Source of the DNA: Xylographa opegraphella
Lineage: Eukaryota
Length of the DNA: 20,000 nucleotides
Assembly: GCA_022813865.1 (NCBI GenBank)
Contig: JALDZX010000024.1
Coordinates: 306,961 to 326,960, forward strand
Direction of reading: 5' to 3'
The position numbers and the translations under genes are program-made. The notes under the pieces are model-generated. The model saw nothing but the letters and a program-made list of their open reading frames with translations, did not search any database and had not been told where the DNA came from. Position 1 is the first letter of the stretch. Each line of letters opens with the position of its first letter. Below, one piece after another: positions 1 through 10,300 of the stretch.

Positions 1-399
1 CGAATATTTCGCATTAGATACGGTCGTTGACACGATCAGCGTGGAAGCAAGGAGGTTTGAGCGAGCTATACGCTGTCGGAGAGCATTGAGAGTTGAGAAG
101 TATAAGGCCGAGCCAAAGCCAGTACGAATGACGGAGGGAAGAGTACCGCGCCATAAATGGAGGAGTGGGGCTGGACCAGAAGTGATCTCTTTCAAGGTCG
201 ACAGAAGTGTAGATGAAGGAGATTGCTGAACACGGGTTTTCAGGAGGTCAGCAGGTTGAAGAAGAGAGGCAGATAGCATGCCAGTTGAAAGGCCGGCGAA
301 GAAGTGGAACGCTGCGAACAATGAGTAACAGACACGCAGGATGTTGCATCGTGATATTGACATACATAGCGAGGAACGTGGTGGACCGCCATTTGACAT
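1..399 (-). CDS. HEM25: Mitochondrial carrier, glycine transporter Hem25/SLC25A38 family; N-terminal part only (continues past the left edge). Exons 399-366 and 311-<1; intron 365-312 (54 nt).
   Basis: Manual minus-strand translation: [42 protein letters not shown]...[24 protein letters not shown]. It has the carrier signature PxDxxKxR and the [17 protein letters not shown] block typical of Hem25. The intron GTATGT...TACTCAT...CAG joins the exons in frame (phase 1). Confidence 0.9.
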   Translation of the reverse strand, partial: MSNGGPPRSSLCMSISRCNILRVCYSLFAAFHFFAGLSTGMLSASLLQPADLLKTRVQQSPSSTLLSTLKEITSGPAPLLHLWRGTLPSVIRTGFGSALYFSTLNALRQRIARSNLLASTLIVSTTVSNAKYS

Positions 400-800
400 C
401 TCTTTCTACTAACTTCACACAGGTACGAAACACTGCCTCTTAGGCCCGGACATCCTACCAGGGCTTAATTCGCAGAACCGACAGTCTGTCTCTCCAGGAG
501 AAGATTGATTGTCGAGGAGTAGGAGAGAACGGAGTGAGATTGCGGTTCGGAACAGAACGTCATTGCATTCTGATGAAGCACGATACTCATTTCACAAGGT
601 AGTCTACTAGATAGGCTGGACTAGTCTACATATGACTAGACTAGAGTATCTTGCACAACGTTCCCATCTGAAGTACTTTGTTCGACCACATCATTCCACT
701 ATAGGCCTTGGCAGGTTCGTAGTCAATGCTAGGAATAGGATAAGCTAATGCTAAATGACTTCAAAATGAGCGCGATCTCGAACGCTGAAGCCGTCTCACC
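400..800. promoter_or_regulatory. Probable bidirectional promoter and 5' UTRs shared by HEM25 and TRAPPC11
   Basis: Only 401 nt separate the two head-to-head start codons (399 on minus, 801 on plus). Confidence 0.6.
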
Positions 801-3800
801 ATGGATGGCTATCCGGCGCATTATGTCTCCCACAACTTACCCCTAGTCATCTTGTTTGGTTTGGGGTCTACAGACCCAAAGCCCCGTGACAATATTGAGG
901 AACAGTATCCGTTGCTGCAGGAGAAAGGAATCTATATTTCTTCCGATCTTCCTAGCGTTACTGGATCGGCAGGGCAGGAACTTTTGGATTGTTTCCATAG
1001 TTTTGATGCCAAAGATGCAGCATGGAACAACAGGCCGGGCAAGGCCAAAATGGGAGCAATGGGCTTTACCTACAGAAACGTTGGAAGAGTATGTCGAATG
1101 CTATCTCGGTACTGCTATTTGAGTGATTGATAGACCACTCTATGCTTTTGTTTCTGGATACTCTTATAAACGAAACAATCGAGTTGGACAGTTTCGGCTA
1201 GATGCTGTCCGTCTCATGTATGGATACATACTAATGATCTCACAGGCTTTCACCTTGCCACCGCATAAGGCCAAACCTCCTTCAGCATTCCCATCCCCTA
1301 CCACCGAGGATGGTGGTTTACGAAGAGCTTCCCTGACACCTATCCTTCATTCTCCACTATCCCCATTAAGCTCAGATTCGCCACTGTATCCCGATGGAAT
1401 CATGTCGTCATTTTGGTTTTCCAAGCATCAATGGTTATTGCCATCTGCTCTAGTTTCATTCTTCAACTTTTCAGTTGATCCAAACAGTAGCATTCTCCAG
1501 GATAACAAACTCAAAACCGAGATCAATGCTTTGAGAACATCTATCACGTCTTCTTCATACAAGATCCGTCTAATTGTGGTACTGGTATGTGAAGACAGCG
1601 GTACGGACCCGAACCCGATTGAAAGAGTTGCAAATATACGAAGAGCGACGTCAATGGACTCGAAATATTTGTTCTACGTACCGTCACGTCTGTCTATTAT
1701 TGAGACGCAGGCATTTGTAGGGACTATCCTCGCATCCATACAGCCATCCTGCCTCGAATATTATCGCGATCTCTCCAAGCATGCTAGGAGAAAGAGAAAC
1801 CGTACTACAGTCCCGCTGCCGACTGTGCCTCCAATCTACGGTACATCTCAGACCTTGTCAAGTCAGGGATGGACAGTGCGATATGAGACAAAGCTTGGGT
1901 TCTTTGCAGAATTTCGACAGGAGATGGATGCTGCATCCCGAAATTACGAGACGGCTTATGAGTCGCTCCTCGACAGAGATGTGTTTGAAAGTATTGCAAG
2001 CTGGAGCCCACGATTTGATGAGACCAGATTACTTGCGGATGTTTTAGCAATACGTATCCTCCGGTGCTTGTTGTGGACTGGTCAGACAACATCGGCAGTC
2101 CAGTCATGGTCAAATCATAGGGCCTTGATACAAGATCTGGTTAATAGGAAAGGTAAAGGCTCAGGTACTTACGGCTGGGAAGCTTGGGAAGCTAGGTGGT
2201 CCGCCATCATGGCTGAATTGATTGACAAAGTGGATGTACCTATATTTCATGTGCCAGATCAAACCATTCCTTCCGAGACTGCCTTATCGGAAGTTCCAGA
2301 TATTTATGCGATCCCAGAAAAGGCTTTTTCTTCAGACGAGCGGCTGCCACCGTGGGATTTACTCCATCATGAGGGGTATTGGTTGAGACGTTCTGCACAA
2401 AAGACGAAGGCGCGACGGAAGCTCGCTCTATCGATGCCTAAAGGAGACCGGAGCTCTCCTGGACAGTCTCCTGCTTCACAGATTGCAAGCAAGTCTCACC
2501 TGTACGACACGTATCTCTGTCCGGAGCCCCACGAAGAATACGGCTTACCTGGCCATACAAGTTTCGATCACGGTGCTCTCTTGATAGATACATTTCGGAA
2601 AGCTGCTGGTCAGTTTTCCCAGAGGCATCAAAATCGGGCTGCAACGAGAATGGAATTCGAAATGGCTCGGGAGTATATGAGAGCTGGAAGATGGGAAGAA
2701 GCCATGGACCTCATCAAGCCACTTTGGCAGAATTTGAGCTGGCGGAAAGAAGGATGGTGGAAATTGGTGGAGGAAATAAGCTGGGCCGTGCGAGCGTGTG
2801 CCCGTCACTTAGGAGATGGCGAAGTCCTAGTTGCCGTCGAATGGGAGTTGCTAAGTAATTGTAGGTACTGGAAGAATGTTTTTTATGCTATCAATGCCTC
2901 CAGCTAACTTCTTTATGTTATAACAGCATTGACACCTAGATCGAGCTGGCAATATGATATACTGAAATGCCTAGATGGACTAGACATAGAAGAAAAGCCT
3001 ATTGCAACAATTCCTTGTGATAGCACCGCGCCAAGTCGTATGTGTAATATACTGATTGGGTATTGAGGCAGAAGTTACAGAAAGGCTAATAGATGTTAGT
3101 GTCGGCCGTCTTCACATTTAAAGCGACTGAAGTTCGTGTCGGCGAGCCGATGCAGGCACAACTCACTATACACTCCCATCTGCATCCAGATTCTGCAGCC
3201 ATCAGATTGTCCGAAATAGCTCTTATGCTTGAAGGCGGTATTCCTGGCTTAGTTATTGCAGATGATTCAAGTCAAAGAGCTCCCTTGGATATCACCAAAG
3301 GTTCTACATTTCTTTATCACATCACCTTCGATGAAGCTTCTAAGGAGCCAGGGACCGCTTCACCGCCTCCCTCGATGTTTGACACAACTAAGCCGCTTTC
3401 TGGTTCTGCAGATCTCATATTCTTCCCAGGTATTGATAAAGTTTTTTTCTTCACCATTGTGCCACGCCATGCTGGTGAGGTTGTAGCGTGCAGAGTGTGT
3501 CTTGGCATACGAGAAGAACAATTTGATCTTAATATCATAGTACCATTACGCGATCATATATCTCGGACCAATTGGTGGCTACAGGGGCAAACTGGTCTAT
3601 TGAGAGAAAAGCTCGATCTTGAGCATCCCTGTTCCATAGTTGTCCGGCCAAAACCACCAAAGATACAAATAGCATTTCCTGGGTTGCGCAAGGCTTATTA
3701 TACAGATGAGACTGTTGAGATTAAGGTCGAAGTGACGAACGAGGAAAGGGAAGATACAGATGTCGGTTTATCGGTTCAATTAATTTCCAATGCACAAAAT

Positions 3801-4853
3801 GTTCCTATGATACATTGGACATCTCCTTCTTACCCCGAAAGTAGCAATAACACAGCAATTGATTCTGTACCTTCGGGCACCATTACTCCGGAACACTCCT
3901 TAGGGCGACTTCAATCATCTGCAACTCGATCGAAGGCCTTGATGTTTCAGGCTTCATCAGAAACTGCAGAGTACACTCTGGAGCTCAAAGCGCATTATCA
4001 CCTCGTCTCAGATCCCCATACTTCGATTGTGAAGGCCGAGACAAAGGAACTCATCTTCATGAGGCCGTTTGACAGCAACTTCGAATTTAAACCACATGTT
4101 CATCCAGATCCATGGCCTAATTATTTCCAGCTACACGACGTAGACTATGGAAGAATCGTATCGAAATCGACTGGTATCATACAGGAATGGTCTGTAACAG
4201 CAAAATTCACCTCATTTGCACTGGAACCGCTGCTTATACAAGCCATGTATCTCATTGTCCGAGAGATTCGCCACGATATCAGTTGTCAAGTAGTTACAAG
4301 CGATGATGCAAGTCAAACGGCAATCACATTGGATCCTACCGGTTCTATCGATCGAGATTTCAGGTTCATAATTCAGGATGCGGCTCTTGAGGACCGTCGT
4401 CCTTCGACTCTCCGATTTGAATTGGAAGTACTATGGAAGCTGAGAAGCGAAAGCGCAAAGGCAATCACCACTTTCATGCCTCTGCCACATCTGACGGTTC
4501 CGTTGGGTGAGCCAAGAGTCCTTGCATCTGTCCAAAAACAAACGATTTTATCCCCACTCGTCCACGTCTTATATACGCTGGAAAATCCCTCCATGCATTT
4601 ACTTACCTTTCAACTTTCAATGGACTCGAGCGAAGATTTCGCGTTCAGTGGACCCAAGATTGTCCGGGTCCAGCTACTTCCACTTACCAGACATACTGTC
4701 AGGTACAGTCTCCTGCCTGCCCGGAGTAGCACTTGGATCAGACCAAATTTGAAAGTGGTAGACATTGGATTTGGGAAAACGCTGCAAGTCAGCGCGGCTG
4801 GTAGCAGCAAGAGTGATAAACTAGGGCTGGCAATCTGGATAGACGCAGAATAG
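801..4853 (+). CDS. TRAPPC11: TRAPP complex subunit TRAPPC11 (Foie gras N-terminal and Gryzun C-terminal regions), ~1255 aa. Exons 801-1088, 1246-2860, 2927-3037, 3100-4853.
   Basis: Three introns (1089-1245 GTATGT..CTAAT..CAG; 2861-2926 GTAGGT..GCTAAC..CAG; 3038-3099 GTATGT..GCTAAT..TAG) join the ORFs and a 111-nt exon into 3768 nt in frame. Recognisable motifs: MDGYP..YV.HNLP, LHSPLSPL...SPLYPDG, EYYRDLSKHARRKR, GW.VRYE.KLG.FAEFRQE, C-terminal LENPSMHLLTF.LSM.SSEDFAFSGPK. Confidence 0.9.
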
Positions 4854-5273
4854 AGCAACATTTTTGATCACCCATGAAGAACGGGTCGAAAATTATGATC
4901 GTGATGTATGGAGTCAGTGTTCATTCCAGGTAGTCCACCGCCTCTCCCGTCCTTTGAAGGGCAAGGGCCGACCAAAGAGCGCCATGATACCATTTAGTTT
5001 GGAACGAAGTATTCCTTGGTGCATAAAATTCACAAAGCCAGGCCCTATGACTCTTGGCAGGCGGAGCAGGGTTTCGTCCCGGGACTACGAGCCGCCCGCA
5101 GCCAATCACCACGATACTGCTCCATGGAGTCTAGAGTCTACCCAGAGTAGATGCACGGCCTTTGGACTCCAGTCCTGACGATGCATACCAACACTTCTCG
5201 GGTGTACTTTAATTCCTGCCGTTGCCATTGCTGACCCTCGTTGGTTGTGTTGTCCATGTCTGAGCCGTGAAAG

Positions 5274-6324
5274 ATGGTAAGTGCTATGGTCCATCATTTG
5301 CGAGTCCTTGGTGCGGGACGTTCAGAGTCAAGCACGAGCACAATGCCCGTAAAATAGTAAATGACAAAATTACCGTCAACTCTGAACACCCGCTGATATA
5401 TTTCGACACTCTAGGGCTGCTGTTCATCGACCGCTCGTAGTTCTGGCCATGCTTCTCCTTATTCTCCCTCAAATGCTCACGCCGACTCTTCGTCTCGCGC
5501 CATAACTTCCGCCACCGCTCCCCTTCCCGACGTCTCCACACCGCGCACTTCTTCGCACATCCCTCCAGCATCCCTCAGTTCCCGGCCACAAACTATTGGT
5601 TTAGCCGAGCAATTCAACCAGCCCCTACGTCCCCATTCCTGGACATCGAAACGGAAATGGACACGAAGTGAGCTCTCCAACGAGAGAGAAGAATTCTTCG
5701 ATACAAGAGTGACGGGACGGCCGGAGATATGGGGTACACTCAAGATGGTGATAGGTTTGGTAGGGGATGGGGAGGTAGAAACTGCTCAAGGAATACTTAA
5801 TGCCGCTGGAGTGACGGTACCAACTGGCGATCTTGTCAATGGAGTCTATGATGAGGCCGGGAACTTTTACCAAATGCCCGAGCAAGTCGTGGGTGATCCG
5901 GACAATGTGGCGGTTGAGGATGATGGCGCCATCCAGGCCGAGATGGCCAAAAGTCGAGAGGGAGAAGTGGTTGAGGAGGAGCTAGAGCGGAGAAGGGAAG
6001 AGAAAGGAAAGGGAGTGCTCAAGTCTGGAGATCTGATCAAAGTTCGGGCACGGTTGAGCGATCGAGGCGGGCCGGACGTTGTAATTGTGGTTTCAAAGGA
6101 GCAAAGTGTTCGAGTCTTGATAAGAAAGATTCAGGACGAGATTGGGGTAAGATATTCTCCATGCCTTTTACCATACTGTCTCGGGTACTCATAGCAATGC
6201 GTAGATAAGCGGGAAAGGGAAAGTGAGGATCGCATATCTCGGCAAGATTCTCAAGGAGGGAGATAGTTTGCTGGCACAGGGTTGGCGCGAGGGTCACGTT
6301 ATCAATGCGCTTGTCTTTGAGTGA
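5274..6324 (+). CDS. Ubiquitin-domain-containing protein (UBTD1/2, DC-UbP-like), ~284 aa, with N-terminal MGCCSS lipidation motif. Exons 5274-5276 (ATG only), 5415-6146, 6205-6324.
   Basis: ATG|GTAAGT...GCTGAT...CTAG|GGC TGC TGT gives MGCCSS. Central REEFFDTRVTGRPEIW..L and GDL..GVYDEAGNFYQMP match the DC-UbP ubiquitin-binding domain. The C-terminal ubiquitin-like fold (VRARLSD...VRIAYLGKILKE...GWREGHVINALVF) is completed after intron 6147-6204. Confidence 0.85.
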
Positions 6325-7394
6325 TGGATCAGCCGAGCTTACTCCGTACTTTGCTCACATTTAATCACAGCTCTGGGTAAACGACGATGATAGGGGCGTT
6401 AACGGTATCTTGGTTGCTGAGTGGGATGAATCTCGGAAGCGGGTTTTTGTGGCATGCTCGATAGCAAGGGCATTCCATTGGATTTGTGCGGCTTGTTTGC
6501 CCCATCTGTAGGCACAGTGTTTCGAGGTATCTTCGATCTGTAATTGATCCTGCCCTACACGGCTATTTTGCGTTACGTTTTATTCGAGCCAATGGTTAAC
6601 GTCGGAATGGTGATCGCTGATATTTTGACAGTCACATCGGTCCAGACTTGAGTACTGCGCCCATACGACTCTTGACCTCTTCTCCCCCTCATAGCTCGTC
6701 ACTTGCACATCTTCATCTGGCGGCCCGTTGCGGTCATCTCAGTCACCTCGAAAGTCGAACAGTCGTCGATGCTTTTGTAAGTGCTGGTACACTGCTCCGT
6801 AACACGTGTATATCATCAACGGAAGCTATTATCCTAGCGGAAATGGTAATGCGCCATAATTTGCTGATCGTACCGTAAATTACTTTCCGTAAATGAGCTC
6901 CAACGGTGCAGGTGGCGTGCATTTCAAACTTGCTTGAGGGATCGCACACAGCAGATTGCAGGAAATATCGGAGAGTGATACGCGAGCGCCACTTGTCTTT
7001 TGATTTGCTCGAACTTAGGCGGCATCTGCTCGGCTGCGGCTGAAGGGGAACTCGGCAGGGGTGCTCGTACCTGGCCCAAGTGTCGCAACATCCTGAACCG
7101 TTTGACAATTGCGGCAAGCACATGGGACTTCGGTACATGCTCACTTCTTTTTTCCTTCTCGCGTCATGACAACCAGGCACTACCAACCCAGTTACTACTC
7201 GGCGTGAGGAATGCCGACATCTGACGAGAACAGGGGGCCAGATCTTTTTCCCAGATGCCGAAGCAGAATCGCGACTTTGTGCTGCGCAGACATCGGCTGA
7301 CAGCGTGAGCCCGCGCGTTGTCTGGTGTATAGTTGGTGGCCAGGCCGGGTGGCCTACGTTGTTTGTTGTGAGCATTCTTGGGCGGAAAGTCAAC

Positions 7395-10300
7395 ATGGCT
7401 GCAGACGAATTCACCCCCAATAACCCTTCCGCCCCTCAATCGATACCTTTACAAGATCTATCACGACCTCCAGATCCAGCGTTGCGCAATGGTGGAGAAG
7501 CTGGAGATAGGATCAGGCAGCCTATAAGTGGGAGGGCCAGAGCACTTTTGGGAAGCAGACAGGGGTTTTCGGGCAGAGTGAACACGTCTGGACGCTATGA
7601 AAGAGTTCTAGCTGGGAACCCGGATGAGGGCAGCAGTAGCAGCAGACTGGACATCCCACATATTACCACCCCACGGAATGCTCATCAACCGACAACCTTC
7701 TACGAAGACGGCGAGCTGTCCCCTGTCGATGTAGGAGAGTTTCAGGCTGCTATGGGATCTGTCGGATTGAGCATCAATACCAGTCCTACACCGCCGCCGC
7801 CGCCGCCACTACTAACCGCGACTTTGGTGGGGGGAAGAACGCAGCTTGGCGTAATTACAGAGACCGAGGCCATATCACCTTTCAGCCATCCTGTAGAGTC
7901 GATAGCCGAGGACGAGGATTACTTTGCATCCACAGATAACGATCGATCACCATTGACAGAAACACGCTTTCTTCAACCCATCAGTGGCTCACAATTACCT
8001 GAAGCTTTCGGACAAAGGCACGACAGACGGAGTCAGCAGAGCCACCGAAGCTCCCGTGGAGTTATGCTTGGAGATGACCTGCCACACGTTGATCATGGAT
8101 TACAAGTACCTGGCAGTACTCGCACTGTGAGACGAATGTCCTCTCAAAGCACTCGGTCTCTCTCACGCTCTCTTTCGTCATCGGCTGCGGCCAGTCCGCT
8201 CTCTACCGCAGGAAGCATGTTTAGAAAAATGTCCCAAAGAGTAGTTAATTTGAGCAATGAACCCGAAGCCTTCGACCAGATCGGAAGACAGCCTTCGACC
8301 AAATTGGCTACCTTGGAAGGACCGCCTTCCTTTCCTGCGATGACTGCGTACGCACATGATGAGCCATCGCAGACACCGACCCCTATAGAAAAGGATCCAC
8401 CGCTAATTAAAGTGGCAACCACGCATGAAAAGTGGCAACCGCCATCTAATCCCTTGAAAGGCAAGTCACTTAGATTATTTGGACCGGATAATTCGATTCG
8501 TCTATGGCTTTGTGAACTATTGGTGCATCCGATTACCGAACCAGCCATCCTTGTCTTGATTTTGCTTCAGACAATCTTTTTAGCGATAGATGCCGCTCCA
8601 AGCCTTGCTTATGGAGGAAGGTCTCTGACATGGGGTACGACTTGGACAGATGCCGCGATGCTAGTGCTTTTTGTCATCTACACGCTTGAAAGTGTCGCTA
8701 GAAGCATTGTGTCGGGATTTATTGAGAACGCCGAAGAGTACAGCACCGTCAACAAGCGTCACGGCTTCTGGGGCTCGATCTACCATCAAGGCTTAAATAT
8801 GTTTACTCGTGAGAGGGTGAACATGGCGAAGACAAACGGGGTTGTCAATGGTATTGACCCACAGCCATCAATATTGCGGTCATTCACAGCGATTCAAACA
8901 CAGCCAGATCAACCAGGGCACTCAAGGCAGGCACAGCGGTTAAGACTAGCCCGGCGAGCTTTTCTCCGTCATTCTTGGAACCGACTCGATCTGTTGGCTG
9001 TCGTCTCATTCTGGATATCGTTCATTATGAACGTGATTGGCTTTGCTGAAAAACAACACGTCTACGTCTTCCAAATGCTCAGCTGCTTACGGATATTACG
9101 ACTTTTAGGGCTGACCAGTGGAACCTCTGTATGTTGTAGCTATTCTGATGACGCTGTGAGATAAACTAACCATATCAGGTCATTTTACGAAGTCTGAAGA
9201 AAGCTGCTCCGCTGCTTGTTCACGTGGCTTTCCTGATTGGCTTTTTCTGGTTGCTCTTCGCCATTGTTGGAGTCCAGATTTTTAAGGCCTCTTTCCGAAG
9301 GACCTGTGTGTGGTATGGTGATGATATAGGATTCTTCGACAATGGCACCATGACACCTGATATGTTCCTAAATAATTACACTCAGAACCTAGCGCCAGGT
9401 AATCTACAATTATGTGGCGGCTATGTTAACTTCACCACCGGAGAAGAGATGCCTTACCTCCTATCTGATCTAAGCTTGTCTAATCCAGGCTCCACCTACC
9501 ACAAAGGTTATTTGTGTCCTCCAAAATCTTTATGCGTGGAAGGCGAGAATCCCTACAACGGAACAGTGAGCTTCGATAATGTGCTGCAAGCTTTGGAACT
9601 TGTGTTTGTGATCATGAGTTCCAATACTTTTAGTGATATATTGTACGACCTAACTGATAGTGATTTTCTTGTTGCTGCGCTGTGTAGGTCCCTCTCTTGA
9701 GACCAAAGGCTAAAGGCTAACAAGCTCTCAGATTTTGCATCTGGCATCGTTGTAATGACATTATGGATGATGAATCTTGTAAGTCTTTGCAAGTTTCTGC
9801 TGGCGTCAGGTCTAACGGCTTTAGCTTGTTGCTGTAATTACGTCGTCTTTTCAGGTAATTCGGGATGAAAGTTTGATGACAAGCGCTTTTACCGCAGATG
9901 AAACGTATGTTTTCCGTCCTCTAAATTGTGGCAATGCTGAAAAGGTAACAAGACCTCATGGCCTCCATGAAGAAGAGACTCCTAGAAGACGGACTGCGCT
10001 GAAAAGGGCATACGACAAAACCAAATGGCTATGGATCATTATAATCACCTACGGAATCATTGTTCAGTGTCTTCGAACGGCTGAATCCAGCCCAGCATGG
10101 CTGTACTTCATCAGTATCTTACTTGCACCGTTGTTCGTCGCACCAGTGCTGATTTCTTGCCACAGATGGTTCTGAAACTGTGGTTACATTAATCCTTTTA
10201 CTCGAAATCCTTTTACGCTTCGTCACAGATCCGCGAAATTTCCATACGAGCGAACGCAATTGGGTGGATCTCGTTATTGCTGTAGTCACTGGCATCATGC

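Noticed and set aside
41..443. ORF-track calls 41-229, 213-443 and 248-433
   Set aside because: The region is explained by the spliced HEM25 frame on the minus strand.
1123..1245. N-terminal 41 codons of ORF 1123-2907, and the TTG/GTG starts given for ORFs 5709, 7305 and 19851
   Set aside because: Intronic read-through or ORF-finder alternative starts; spliced ATG models fit the protein families better.
5309..5393. Minus-strand fold starting GCGGG and ending CCCGC-A-CCA, superficially tRNA-like
   Set aside because: No D/T loops or A/B boxes, the stem is too long, and eukaryotic nuclear tRNA genes do not encode CCA; kept only as an unexplained structure.
5276..5414. Possible [D1,2] stwintron in UBTD intron 1 (G|GTAAGT...AATAG|TAAAT)
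   Set aside because: Two-step splicing would shift the frame; a single intron yields the expected MGCC start.
7030..7360. GNGGC-type motifs resembling Crz1/CDRE sites upstream of CCH1
   Set aside because: Only short degenerate matches, expected by chance.
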